Below, in pieces: positions 15,228 to 28,207 of a DNA stretch of 64,000 nt. Below the pieces are notes generated by a model, which searched no databases, had not been told where the DNA came from, and saw only the letters and a list, made by a program, of their open reading frames with translations. This stretch comes from Eledone cirrhosa. Taxonomy: Eukaryota. Location: the NCBI GenBank assembly GCA_964016885.1, contig OZ024740.1, positions 189,224,001-189,288,000 on the forward strand. Direction: 5' to 3'. Both the position numbers and the translations under genes were made by a program. How positions within the stretch are numbered: position 1 is the stretch's first letter; every line of letters begins with the position of its first letter.

Positions 15228-15967
15228 GTACATACATATGTATGTATGTATATATATACATTTGTATGTGTATACGTATGTATATATGTATGTGTGTGTA
15301 TCAACTAATCAATGAATAGATGCGTGTGATTGACATTAAGTGAAAAAAAATATGAAACAATAATTTCTTTGCATACATTCTTTTGTGCATGCATACACAC
15401 ATACAACTGTAGACAATGAGATAACAATGATGATAGTAACTACTGCTGCTAAGGATGATGATTATTAGTAGTGGTGAACTGGCTGTTGGAGGTATTTCGT
15501 GACATTGGTGAAGCAGTCTCTAGATATGCTAGTTGTAGACATCATTTATGGAGTTGATCCAAATATCACATTATTGTTCGTGATATTTGCTAAAAGACTT
15601 TTCTATATCATGAACTCTAATTTAATTTTTGGAAGACCTCCATCTACAAACTCTATTGACATGCAAGAGCAGTAGTACTAGTGGAGGTGGCAGTTGTGCT
15701 TGTAGTAGCAGTGATGGTGGTGGTGATATTGGTGGTAATTTATGAACAGTGAAAATTGCTTTGGACTATATGACTTATTATAAAGCATATTGTAGAACTA
15801 CTGCAGAATTGACATGCAAGCTACACCAACACTGGCTTTAGGTATGCTAGCTGGCATTTATACATTTATATCATTGGCCCACACCATCTGAAGATAAAAT
15901 TACTACTACTATTTCTACTAATACAACTACTACTACTATTACTACTACTGATGATGACAACAATCAT

Positions 15968-16575
15968 GTTTTCTGATTTGGGCACAAATCAAGCAATTTG
16001 TTGTGGAAAGGAAAGTCGATTATATTGATCCCAGGGCTTAACTGGTACTTTATTTTATTGACTTCAGAAGGGGTGTGAAGCACACTTTGACCTCAGCATG
16101 TTTGAATATATAACACAAATGGATGGAACCTATGGCCTCAAGAGCCTAAATTATTGGTGAGGTAGGGGTGGAGTACAAATGAAAAATAGAAAAGACTGTT
16201 GCAATTTGAAGGGAAGAGAAAAGTTGATTAAATCGACGGCAGTATGTTACTGGTATTTTATTTTATCCAGCTTGTAAGGATGAAAGGCAAACATAACTTT
16301 GGTGGGATTAGAACTCAAAACGGAAATTAATTGCCGCAAAGCATTTTGTCCACAACTGTAACAATTCTACCAACCCACCACCCTAATATTGTTTCTACTT
16401 TTGGCACAAGGGCAGCAATTATCCTAGTGTATTACTGGTACTCTATTTTATCGACCCTGTAAGGATGAAAGGCAAAGATAACCGCGGTGGGATTTGAACA
16501 CATAACATAAAGGGCCGTAACTCTTTGCTGCAAAGCATGGCATCTGACCCTCTACCGATACTGCCAATCCACCCT
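15968..16575 (-). mobile_element. Cluster of three SINE family B copies
   Basis: CTGGTA(C/T)T..TATTT..GAAAGGCAAA-type motifs present three times in the same orientation. Confidence 0.8.
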
Positions 16576-17096
16576 AATAATAGTAACTATGATGTATGTA
16601 TGTGTACATGTATATATATATTTATGTAACTATGTATCTATGCATGCACATATATATATTCCATGCATAAATAAATATATACATGTGTGTGCGTCTGTTT
16701 GTGTGTCTGTGTTTGTGTCTGTGCAATGCAAGTTTGCATTTGAAGGCAAGAGAGAAATGTATTCAATAACAAGCTAGAATGTAATTATTTATTCTAATAC
16801 CAATATTTCTCTTGGTTGCTACTTTGAGTTTTTCTATTCCACATTATACATATATATATAATATAACAAGTCATTTATCAAACAGTATTGGATCAAATTG
16901 GTTTCAATGACAGCAGGTAGAGATCAATAATTGAAACTAGACAGCAAAATTATTCTATATTTAAAGTTCCTAAAGATTTCTTGAATGAGATATGCTATGT
17001 TCATTAATCAAATACAAATGTATCAGTACATAGGAGAAACTCTTGAGTAACAAGACTCAAGCTTGGCCTTATTAAAGAATTTATATATATATATAT

Positions 17097-17301
17097 GTGA
17101 AGGCGCATGCATGGCTTAGTGGTTAGAGCATTGGCCTTGCAATCGAAAGGTTGGGAGTTCAATTCTCAGACCGGGTGATGTGTTGCTTCATTGAGTGAGA
17201 CACTTTATTTCACATTGATCCAGTTTACTCAGCTGTAGAAATGAGATAATAGGGACTGGGGTCCCTATCATTTCACTGCAAAGTGGACGTATAGGCGCCA
17301 C
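17097..17301 (+). mobile_element. SINE family A, 3'-truncated, within (TA)n
   Basis: A box TGGCTTAGTGG, B box GAGTTCAATTC; body matches 54597-54945. Confidence 0.85.
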
Positions 17302-17505
17302 ATATATATATATATATATATTTTTTTTTTTTTATAAGGAATTTATATCTAGTAACATTTATATACACACAGATGCATATCAATGCTAGCAAATATATAG
17401 GTTTTGTCTTATTAACAATGTGGTTCAATGCATGGGGTTGCAGAACAATAATATGAGAGACGTAAAATAAGAAAATTATAAAATTAATTTACTTACTAAA
17501 AAATC

Positions 17506-17588
17506 ACTTCCAACTAATTAGTTTCTGGAATGGAGTAAATATATTTTCCGAAGAAACATATATAAAATCATTCCGTCATCAGGAAAGT
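17506..17588 (-). ncRNA. Type I hammerhead ribozyme with long helix II capped by cUUCGg
   Basis: ACTTTC-CTGATGA-C-GGAATG[...ATATAT G TTTC TTCG GAAA ATATAT...]CATTCC-A-GAA-ACTAATTAGT-T-GGAAGT; 6-bp helix I, palindromic helix III. Confidence 0.75.
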
Positions 17589-17868
17589 CTTTTCCCGTAT
17601 AGGTCTCCAGGCATAGCGAGGACACTGGAAACTTATTAAAAAAATAATTCAGTGGAATGGAAATAGCGAAGCGTGGACTGGATTCCAAGCCATTGAGAAA
17701 ATCGCTGCCTCTACATCTGTGGCAAATTCAAAAAGAATCAATCACGTGACATCGAGGTCAATCAGTGGAAAGCGAGTAGTTATTAAGACAGCGGCCAACT
17801 TACTACCATAGTAGCAGTCATGGCCAAATATTGCTCGACAAATGAATTGGAGATAATTATAATAACTG

Positions 17869-17912
<44 letters not shown>

Positions 17913-18077
17913 CAGTTATTAGGAGTATTCCAAAGCTTGGTAGAACAAGTTGTGAGGAAAGTTCTCAACATACGTTAAGGTGACTCCACAGGTTGGTAGG
18001 GATTCTGTAGTGGAAACACGAACAAATGAGGAGTGTAATCAATTCTTTTGTAACTGTTTGCCTTCGTCCTATTTCTC

Positions 18078-18155
<78 letters not shown>

Positions 18156-18179
18156 TTAGGGATGGAGAGAGAGAGTCCA

Positions 18180-18493
18180 TCTTCTGTCACAACTGACCAT
18201 GGGCTTTACACCTAGAAAGTTCCCCACTCAGGAACAAAGTCTGGACGATTATTTTCTGGAAGATCAACAGTCACACATTGATACCAGTCTCCCTCTCCAA
18301 ATCACCAATGTTGTCCAAGGGAAAGTCAAAGGTCAATGCAGATTGCAACTCATTTCTACAGCTGAGTGAACTGGAGCAATATAAAATAAAGTATCTTGTT
18401 CAAGGACATAACTCACTGCCTAGTCCATGAATTGAGCTCACAACCTGACGATTGTAAGCCCAGTGCACTAATCTCTAACCCATGTGCCATCTC
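18180..18493 (-). mobile_element. SINE family A with a different 3' tail
   Basis: tRNA-like head at ~18420-18493 and family body at ~18345-18420. Confidence 0.7.
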
Positions 18494-18504
18494 ATATATA
18501 TATA

Positions 18505-18810
18505 TAATAGGAAACGAAAAATCAGTGATGCATCTGAACTCAATTTATTGTGTTACAATTGATTCGCCGGCGGACAGCTCGAGATGTGATCATTGTGTGG
18601 ATCTCTCTGATTCTGGACCTGCAGGTTTGACGGATACGTCTAATGATTTTGGAGCATATTCTCTCACTTGAGAGAATATGCCCGAAATCATTAGACGTAT
18701 CCAGAATCAGACAGATCCACACAATGATCGTGTCTCGAGCTGTCCGCCGGCGAAACAATTGTAACACAATAAATTGAGTTCAGATGCATCACTGACTTTT
18801 TGTTATCTAT
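18505..18810. repeat. ~300-bp foldback palindrome next to (TA)n
   Basis: Arms pair around loop ACTT (18666-18669); left arm has 17 extra nt bounded by GGA repeats. Confidence 0.95.
18730..18767 (+). ncRNA. Hammerhead-like motif with shortened core (CUCGA)
   Basis: GTGT-CTCGA-GCTG(TCCGC)CGGC-GAA-ACAATTGT-A-ACAC; all three helices and a GUA site present; core lacks 2 nt relative to CUGACGA. Confidence 0.55.
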
Positions 18811-18883
18811 TATATCATACTCTGCTCTGTAAGAGCATAGAGTGCTCAACCGCCTATAGAAGCATCATCTTAGCTACCATAAG

Positions 18884-18960
<77 letters not shown>

Positions 18961-20342
18961 CATTGCTGTTTGTTTATAAAAATAGCTTTCTTATTTTAGC
19001 TGAGGTTTTAGCTGAGGTGTCCCTTGAGATAGTACAATTCTCACAAAGTAAAGCAATCTATGAATAGATGTTCAGTGATTGAAGTATTAAACATGGAACC
19101 AGATAAGTAAGCTGCATTGTAGTCACAGGTGTATTGTGTGTGAAGAAATGATAGTGTTGAAGAATTAAAAGACACTAGTTCAAGGCTGAATATTCTTATT
19201 TGGGCATCAGAAAGCAAGTGTTTCAGGTCTGAGTGTGTTTATGATGGAATGAAAGGAAAAGAGGAAAAGAGAAAAGTGTGTGAGTGTGTGGATGAGATGG
19301 GTATTTTCTGTATAATGGAATCAAAGCGAGTAAGTGGTTGGTAACAGATGAGATTGTGTATATAAAGAAACATGTATATGAATTGTGTGTGATATATTGT
19401 AAATAAAATACAGTGTGATTTATGGGAATTGATGAAGTATGTGTGTCTTAAACTATAGAAGATAGATGAATAGATAGGTAGATAGCTGTAAAGAGAATAA
19501 GCTGGGTGTGTGAAATGATGAGAGTGAGTAAGTTAGAATCTATGAGCTATTGATTATTTACTGTAAATGATACAACAGCATGTAGAAGCTGCATTAAGTT
19601 ACAATAATTTCTTTTGTGTTGCACAGAACCAAGAATCGCGATTAGCTTGGCCAACATTCACATTTTTGTCAATAGAAGAATTACAATAATCCTCACTCAA
19701 CATAGTTCCATGGATAAACAAATGGTTCTTTTTATCGGTTGGATTCTAATTAGCAATCTACTGAAGAACTAATTACTAGCAGATAAAGACAGGCTAGAAG
19801 AATCAACAAAACCATGGATGATTGTTTTGGACAAGTTGAAAGACACCCATACTACATCCATGTGTGAATGTGTGAATGTTTGATAGCTTGAAAGGCAGAG
19901 AACTTGCTTTCCACCTACCTACATACAAGCTTACAAACATAGATATGAACATATACACATGCATACATATATATATATATACATACATATATATATACAT
20001 ACCTACAAAAGTAAAACTTATATCCACATGTATCAGAATAGCATCCATACTGGCAGACATAGATACATGTTCATATGCATACATACACTCATACATAATG
20101 CATACACATATGCCAACAGTAAATATAAATGCATACAGTTACAACCATACATATATACATACATTCATACATACATAAAAACATGCATAATGCATGCATA
20201 CACAGACCCCAAAATACATATATAGATGTGTACAGATACCAACATATATACAAACATACATAACGTATGCATACACAGATAACAACATACATACACTCAT
20301 AGAAACATAAATACATACATACACAATTCCTACTTACATACT

Positions 20343-20383
<41 letters not shown>

Positions 20384-21127
20384 CATACAACACAGATATC
20401 AACATGCATACTCTCTAACAAACATACATACATATGTACATAAAAGTAAATGAATTTCTGATGGTTTTGGCACTGCCTGTGCCAGTTGTTAAATCAACTG
20501 AACTATATACACATTGAATTAATAAGTATGCAGCTGAGTATTCCACAGGCGTGTGTAGACTTCATATGATTTTCAGTAGGAATTAACATGATGAAGTTAC
20601 CATCTTCCTAAGTTCCCTCACTGGTTTGGTTTCACACAAGGCTATCTATTGTAACAGATATTTACCCATGATGCCACATGGAGTTGAACTCAGAACTTTG
20701 TGATTGTAAAGCAAACATCTTAACTAACCAATACATGCCTATATGCAAACTTGTACCCCGACCATTTGTTGTGTGCCTACAAACCTGAACTTGCATATCT
20801 GATGAGACTTTGTTGCGGATTTGGGCCCCAATCATTTTAATCGAGCCCTGAGCTGATCGATATTGAAACCTGTGCACTTAAAGGATCACCAAACAATTGA
20901 ATATTTAAACTCTCCTTCAGTATTGACTTCTCATCCTCACGTCCATCAACAATAAATAGATATAACTAGCAGAATGGCCTGGGATTTGCTCTAGGGTTCT
21001 TATATACTTGATATATATTTATCCTTATCAAGTCTCATGAAATAAATACGTTTGTTTATATTTTATTGTGAATGCAAAAATATATGTACATGAATATATA
21101 ATTATATATATATATATATATATATAT

Positions 21128-22178
21128 CGGTGTTCTGGAGCAATAAGTAGCAGCAAGTGCCCACAAAATACTAGCTCTTTCAATTGCGCAGAGGGTTCTA
21201 TAGAAATAGTGGACAGCTTCCGTTACCTGGGCGATAAAATCAGCAGTGGGGGAGGGTGCTCTGAAAGTACTGTAGCTAGAGTCAGAACTGGTTGGAAAAA
21301 GTTCAGAGAGCTTATACCACTATTAGCTGCTAAAGGGTTCTCCCTAAAAATGAGAGGCAGGTTGTACGATGCCTGCATACGAACAGCAATGCTGCATGGC
21401 AGTGAGACCTGGGCATTGTGTGCAGAGGATATACGCAGACTAGAGAGGAACGAAGCTTGCATGCTCCGCTGGATGTGTAACAGTAATATACGTGAACGGC
21501 AAAGCATAAACGAACTAAGGAAAAAATTAGAGATAAGAGGGATCAGATGTTGTTTACTCGAGAGAAGGCTACGTTGGTATGGACACGTGATGCGCATGAA
21601 AGTCGATAGCTGTATAACAAAGTGCAGGGCAATAAAGATAGACGGTAGTCACGGAATAGGCAGACCTAGAAAAACCTGGGACGAGCTGATAAACTCCGAC
21701 ATCACACACTTACACCTCTCCAAGACAATGTCACTGGACCGAGACCTTTGGCGGTACTCAGTAACAGAGAAGACCCGCCTTACCTAAATATATAGTAAAA
21801 CCTACTCCAGCCAGTAGGCATCTCTAACAAAATACACCCCGTCCCACCACCACCACCCCCACCCCATCCACACCACCCCGTTCTATGTAAAGTTATGTTG
21901 GTGCCGCGCCATCGAGGCCGAAACAAATGAGATCGTGTAGGTGTCACGACAAAAAAAACACAGTCCACGCTGTAATGTGGCCGTGTAGGCAACACGGTAA
22001 AAACCTCCCAGACCCACACTGTAAATGTGGTTGGTGTTAGGAAGGGCATCCAACTGTAGAAAACCTGCCAGATAGTCCTATGCGAGCAAGACAATCACTC
22101 TTGCCTCAAGTGGGACTACCCCCGTCCAAACCCATGCAAGCGTGGAACACGGACGTTAAACGTTGATGATGATGATGA

Positions 22179-22182
<4 letters not shown>
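21128..22182 (+). mobile_element. 5'-truncated RTE-clade LINE: ORF C-terminus, 3' UTR and (GAT)n tail, within (TA)n
   Basis: ORF to 21787 with FRYLG, AMLHGSETW, RLRWYGHVMR, GRPRKTW motifs; terminal stem-loop then GGACGTTAAACG(TT)(GAT)n. Confidence 0.93.
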
Positions 22183-22212
<30 letters not shown>

Positions 22213-22216
<4 letters not shown>

Positions 22217-23516
22217 TCATCATCATCGTTTAACGTCCATGTTCCACGCTTGCATGGGAATTTCTTCTCTAGCTCGGCCATTGATTCAGCTATGAGCGTT
22301 AGATCATCTGCGCATAGGAGTTCCCATGGGCAGCCGGTCTTGAACTCCACTGTTATAGCCTGAAGGGCAATAATAAATAGTAGGGGGCTAAGAACAGAGC
22401 CCTGATGAACACCAACTTTGACGCTAAACTCTTCACTATATTCGTTGTTAATTCTAACCATGTTGACTGTTTCTTTATACATGGCTTGTATAGCTCTCAC
22501 AAGCCATTCATCAACACCTAGTTTTCTAAGAGCCCACCAGATAATGGAACAGGGGACTCTGTCGAAGGCTTTCTCCAAGTCGACGAAAGCTAAGTATAGG
22601 GGTTTACTTTTAGCTAGGTACTTCTCCTGTAGTTGTTGTACAATGAAAAGAGCGTCTGTGGTACTTTTGCCTGACACAAACCCGAACTGCATTTCATCTA
22701 GATCAATTCTCTCTCTGATTAGTTGCGCTATTACTTTTTCCGTGACCTTCATGACCTGGTCGATTAATTTAATGCCTCTATAGTTACTCCTATCTAGGGT
22801 GTCTCCTTTACCCTTGTAACAGTTAATGATGATGCTGCTACGCCAGTCCTTCGGAACAACCCATTCTGTATGACTTGGTTGACTATCCGGGTGACCAAGG
22901 TGTGTCCCACCGTTCCAGAGGCTTTCAGCATCTCAGCAACTATTTTCGAAGCCCCAGCCGCCTTACCCGTCTTCATATCTTTGATTGCCTTACTTATTAT
23001 ACTACCTTCGACTAACACTGCTGGTCCCTCTATTGGGTCGATGTGAGGGAGACTGTCTTTCTCCCATTTATTCTCCTCATTTAGTAGCCTTTCGTAGTGA
23101 CACTTCCAAGCTACCTTCTTATCAGCGTCAGTGATGGCAAGTACGCCATCATCATTAAGTACACACTTCTCCCCGACAATATCATGGTTTTCCTTGACAC
23201 ATTGCCTAGCAATCCTGAACACCTCACGTTTTTGGTCCTCGCGTTGTAGAACATGCTTGAACTTTCTTTCCTCTGCTTCCCTTCTTGCGAAGTACACTTG
23301 TCTCCTAGCTTCCCTCCTGGCCACTTGATAGTCTTCTCTACTTCACCCATCCCGCCATGCTTTCCAAGCCTGCTTTTTGGCCTTGATTGACCCCTCCACC
23401 TTACTGTTCCACCACCATGTTACTCTCCTCCTGCCTACAGGCCTGCTGCAGCCACAGACTTCGTCTGCCGCCATCAGCAGGTTTGCTGTCAGGAATTCCC
23501 ACTGTTCCTCTATATT

Positions 23517-23520
<4 letters not shown>
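22213..23520 (-). pseudogene. RTE-clade LINE reverse-transcriptase fragment, frameshifted, fused to a 3' tail stub
   Basis: QFGF..GKSTTDA, FVDLEKAFDRV, GVHQGSVLSPLLF, LLCADDL (YADD to CADD); frameshift near 22850; RT ends at AELEKKF and joins CCCATGCAAGCGTGG...(GAT)n. Confidence 0.93.
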
Positions 23521-23557
<37 letters not shown>

Positions 23558-23673
23558 AAAATGAAAGATTAAAGTTTAAGCAAAGAATCGCTGCTTTCAC
23601 CTTTAATGGGATCTTCTGAAACTAAAAAGATCAATCTGTGAATGCAGAAGTAAATATTTCGGGAAACGTTACC

Positions 23674-23755
<82 letters not shown>

Positions 23756-23899
23756 TATATATACATATATATACACACATTATATATACCTATATACACA
23801 CACACACAGATAGCGATGTCATAATGTTGTAATGGAGACAGCCAGACATACAGACAGATATTATAAGGATGCAACGTTATATCTATGTATCTATCTAAA

Positions 23900-24104
23900 A
23901 AGAAAAACTAAGAATTAGAGTGGAGAGATTGCTAAATCGCCTAGGGCATTGAATATTGAAATATTTTTGCTCAAAACACTCACAGGACCATAAGTATTAC
24001 ATGTGTAAAGTTTGAAAACAATCGGTTGGGTGGTTCTCGAGTTTTAGGTAGTCAGACAGACAGACAGACAGAGAGATAGACATTCTCTGTTTTAGATATA
24101 TAGA
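23900..24104 (-). mobile_element. 5' portion of a non-autonomous Helitron-like (Lep1-type) element
   Basis: Minus strand A|TCTATATATCTAAAAC...(CTGT)n...AACCACCCAACCGATTGTTTTCAAACTTTACAC resembles invertebrate (CTGT)n Helitron 5' ends; no 3' CTAG found. Confidence 0.5.
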
Positions 24105-24390
24105 TGATACATGGATAATACTGTAAATAACAAGAGTTTTATTAGCTTTATTATAAAGAAAGAATGTAATATGACAGCTGGAGCTTGATAATGTCTATCC
24201 TCCTTTCTTGGAGGTTTTGCTGGTTGCTGACTTTGGTATGATGGACGATCCATGTTTGGTTTGCCAAATTTGAAGGGTGGGATACAGATTAGTTTAGCAG
24301 GACTCATCAGTGCAGGTTGACTTTCAGTTAGGGGTGTTTGCTCAATGGTTTGTGAACAAATTGAAGCAATATTCATCTTATTTACACACT

Positions 24391-24449
<59 letters not shown>

Positions 24450-24964
24450 CTCATGCTAGCGTGGAAGATGGACGTTAAACGAAGATGATGATGATGATGA
24501 TGATGATTATGATAAAAAGAGAAACCCCAGTTGCTGGGATCTGTGGAAGAGATACACCTTTGAAGACATAGGATGAGGTTGTGATGGTTGACCTTAAGAA
24601 ACTAAACCACAGAACCCAATCTGCAGAATCCAACTCCTGTGAGCAGGGAAGGTAGGTGTTAAAAATTACGATGCTGATAATGATATATACACACATACAT
24701 ACTTGATATAGAAATATAGAGTATTTTACCCACCTAACCACCAATTTGAAGATCAATAAAGAAAAACAAATCCTCTAATACATCTCAACACATATCTATT
24801 GTTTGCTTAGGCAGCTGTGTTACCAATTACATCACCTTCACAATATCTGTGATATAGCAGATATACATTTATATTGCTAATTTAATATAGAAGAGATGCA
24901 CAAACACAGTGTTGTGCAATTGTTAATACAATTGTCTGGAGACAGATTTTAGTCAAATTAGTGG

Positions 24965-25054
<90 letters not shown>

Positions 25055-25088
25055 TGTGTCTGTGTGTGTGCGTGTGTGTGTATGTATG

Positions 25089-25119
<31 letters not shown>

Positions 25120-25406
25120 TTACATATATATATAAATTATATCTCAGATCAGTATTTAGATTAGAAAAATGTTTATTATATAGTATTTTATGATGTCATG
25201 CAAATTATCTTCTGCCACCTTCAAATTAATAAAGTAGTTCACTATTGTTTTTCTCATTTTGAAGTGTTGGTGGTGGGATAGTAGTAAATATTTAAGGTGC
25301 AATGTAAGGCAAAAGTTGATAGTTTACATCCAGTTAGAGTTTGATATTCTTTATTGTATTCCATATGTGTGTGTGAGGGCATATGGGTGTGTAGATATAT
25401 GCAGAT

Positions 25407-25645
25407 ATCATCATCATCATCATCGTTTAACGTCCATCTTCCACGCTAGCATGGGTTTGGATGGGAATTGTCCCACTTGAGGCAAGATTGGTTGTCTTGC
25501 TCGTATAGGACTGTCTGGCAGGTTTATAACGGCTGGATGCCCTTCCTAACACCAACCACGTTTACAGTGTGGATTGGAAGGTTTTTACCGTGTTACCTAC
25601 ACAGCCACATTACAGCGTGGACTGTGTTTTTTTGTAGTGACACCT
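25407..25645 (-). mobile_element. RTE LINE 3' UTR fragment
   Basis: Matches 21938-22182; (CAT)n tail on the plus strand. Confidence 0.9.
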
Positions 25646-25710
25646 GTTTCAATAAGAGATAGATCGATCATGTAGTCATGATCGATTATCACTGATTCCG
25701 TCAGGTGAAA
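25646..25710 (-). ncRNA. Hammerhead-like motif with long helix II, truncated after GAAAC by the RTE fragment
   Basis: CTGACGG-AATCAGTGATAATCGATCATG(ACTA)CATGATCGATCTATCTCTTATT-GAAAC, then RTE sequence. Confidence 0.5.
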
Positions 25711-25918
25711 ATGAATTGTCTTCAAATCCTTGATATGAGGGAGAAAATTAACGATGTTCCCTCACAGAGCTTAGTCCCTCATATTAAGATCAAAATACGG
25801 CGACTGCTATCGTCCTCAGTTAGGGTCATAAAACTATCAAGTCTCTAACCAATAATACACCTTACTATATAACGACTATATATATATATATAATATAAGA
25901 TGTTAAAAGAGTTCCATG

Positions 25919-25989
25919 TATTTTATTATGCGCATTTCAAAAACAAATATCATCATGGGATGATATTTGCGTTCTCATCAGATAAAATA
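25919..25989 (-). ncRNA. Type I hammerhead ribozyme
   Basis: TATTTTAT-CTGATGA-GAACGCAAATATCATC(CCAT)GATGATATTTGTTTTT-GAA-ATGCGCAT-A-ATAAAATA; 8-bp helix I, ~16-bp helix II, palindromic helix III, AUA site. Confidence 0.85.
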
Positions 25990-26107
25990 GGGAGACATGA
26001 TATGAATTTTAAAAAACACTTGCGAGCAGTGAAGAGTTAAATCAATATATGTTGATTTAACACTTCACTGCTCGCAAGTGTTTTTTAAGCTTCATATCAT
26101 GTCTCCC

Positions 26108-26178
26108 TATTTTATCTGATGAGAACGCAAATATCATCCCATGATGATATTTGTTTTTGAAATGTGCATAATAAAATA
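26108..26178 (+). ncRNA. Type I hammerhead ribozyme, mirror copy
   Basis: Same fold as 25919-25989, with helix III ATGTGCAT. Confidence 0.8.
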
Positions 26179-26277
26179 CATAGAATTCTTTCAACCATCT
26201 TTTGATCTTATGTTATACTCCAGTCCTATAAACTATTTGCATTGCTTTGTTGTGCTACAATAAAACTCACCTCCTAC

Positions 26278-26343
<66 letters not shown>

Positions 26344-26472
26344 TATTATGTATATATATATATATATATTACTTCAAAATATTAATAAATATAGACATTC
26401 ATGTGATCAAATATATTTTATTATACATATTTCAGATATATTTTATTATACATATTTCAAATATATTTTATT

Positions 26473-26548
<76 letters not shown>

Positions 26549-27141
26549 TGATGTTGAGACTGAAGAGGTACTCAATGCATGGGGAGTTGCAGAGTTGGTA
26601 TAGTAATACCTATAATCCCGACCGCTTGGCGTCGCAGTCTCTATATATATACATGTACAATGCCTGGAATTTCAAGTGCATGGCATGCAATATATTATCT
26701 CACAAGTGGATAGCTGGTTTTTGGTATTGATTGACATGCTATCAAGAAGATGAATAGCATTTACAAGAAAAAGATGAAGTCTATCAGTGTTCTGGTTCAT
26801 GGTTTATTCGCACTATTTTGAATGGCTCTAATGAAATCAATGTGTAGGTTGTCTAAGGTTGTCTAATGGTTCCATTAGTACATCAAGATAATTAATTTTT
26901 TGCAAGCATTTGGGAGTTGGCTGGGTCCTTATGTGTGGATGGATGGACAAGAGAGTCCATTATACTTGAATACTTATAGCTAGATGTGCATAAATGTGTG
27001 TATATATATATTTGTATATTTATATGTGTGTGCATATATCTATATTCTCTTATCATTTTCGTTTTCATTTTTTTTTTTTTTTATTTCCTTCCTTAACCTT
27101 CCCTTACTACTCCTCAGAGTTTCTGTTCTCCCTCTATCCAA

Positions 27142-27179
27142 ATTTCCTGATGAAGGACTTCTGTCCAAAACGTTGAAAT
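27142..27179 (+). ncRNA. Minimal type I hammerhead, G12-to-A lesion
   Basis: ATTTC-CTGATGA-A-GGAC(TTCT)GTCC-AAA-ACGT-T-GAAAT. Confidence 0.7.
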
Positions 27180-27294
27180 CTCCATTTCCACCAAGTGTGA
27201 ATCTAATATAACTGTAAAATTGCCTCCTGTGTTTTATTAATGTAACGAATACCTTACTAACTGTGGTTACTCGCCTCTCGTCATTGAACCTGAC

Positions 27295-27345
<51 letters not shown>

Positions 27346-27549
27346 TAAACGGAATAGAAAATGCTGACAAATTGTTCACAGTTGAAAACTGGTTTAATTA
27401 GGAATAAAAGAGTATTAGTGATTGTATGGGTTAGTATTCAGTTGTGGTTTAAAGTTTTTAAGTTTTTACCGGTTGCGCATTTCTAAATGCTTTTCAAAAA
27501 TAATTTTGAGATAGAGTGTCCGATATATGTATATATATTTATATATATA

Positions 27550-27667
<118 letters not shown>

Positions 27668-27999
27668 TGTATCAAATACGTGCATTACTTTTTATTTGTC
27701 TTTCTTTATAGTCAATACATCTGACCTTTTCATCTGGGATTGATTAAATATATTGCCAGTCAAGTAGTGGGGTTGATATAACCAACTTCCCCTTCCCCAA
27801 ATATTGCTGTAAAAGTTTGAAACCATTATTATTGTTAGTGATACACCCACACAAACACATTCATACACAGGCGCACACACACATACAGATATATATGTGT
27901 GTGTGTGTATACACACAGAGAGAAAATTATGTATATTTGTATATATATATATATAAGTATGTATACGTACATACATATATGTATACAGACGTACAGTAG

Positions 28000-28049
<50 letters not shown>

Positions 28050-28164
28050 CGGATTCACCGAAAATTTATTATAATTATCGGTGTGTTTGTAAACAAACAT
28101 CCTGAATTAAGCCGTACAGTGTCTAGCAACCATCGTTGCTCATTTGTTCAACACTGACAAAGGA

Positions 28165-28207
28165 ACCCTGTACTAGTTTCAAGCTTATTAGCTATCGTCA
28201 GCAACGT
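28165..28207 (-). ncRNA. Type I hammerhead, array copy
   Basis: ACGTTG-CTGACGA-T-AGCT(AATA)AGCT-T-GAA-ACTAGT-A-CAGGGT. Confidence 0.8.

Larger units (their letters stand above)
25890..26215. repeat. ~320-bp foldback palindrome carrying two outward-facing hammerheads
   Basis: Arms pair around ~26048; single-arm copy at 30104-30290. Confidence 0.95.

Noticed and set aside
17097-17175. tRNA gene
   Set aside because: A and B boxes run into a shared SINE body and no complete cloverleaf is evident
20792-20876. CTGATGA...GAAAC with possible helix I TGCATA/TGTGCA
   Set aside because: Helix II poorly paired, helix III and cleavage site missing; at most a relic
24280-24316. Minus-strand CTGATGAGTCC
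   Set aside because: No GGAC-GAAA partner downstream
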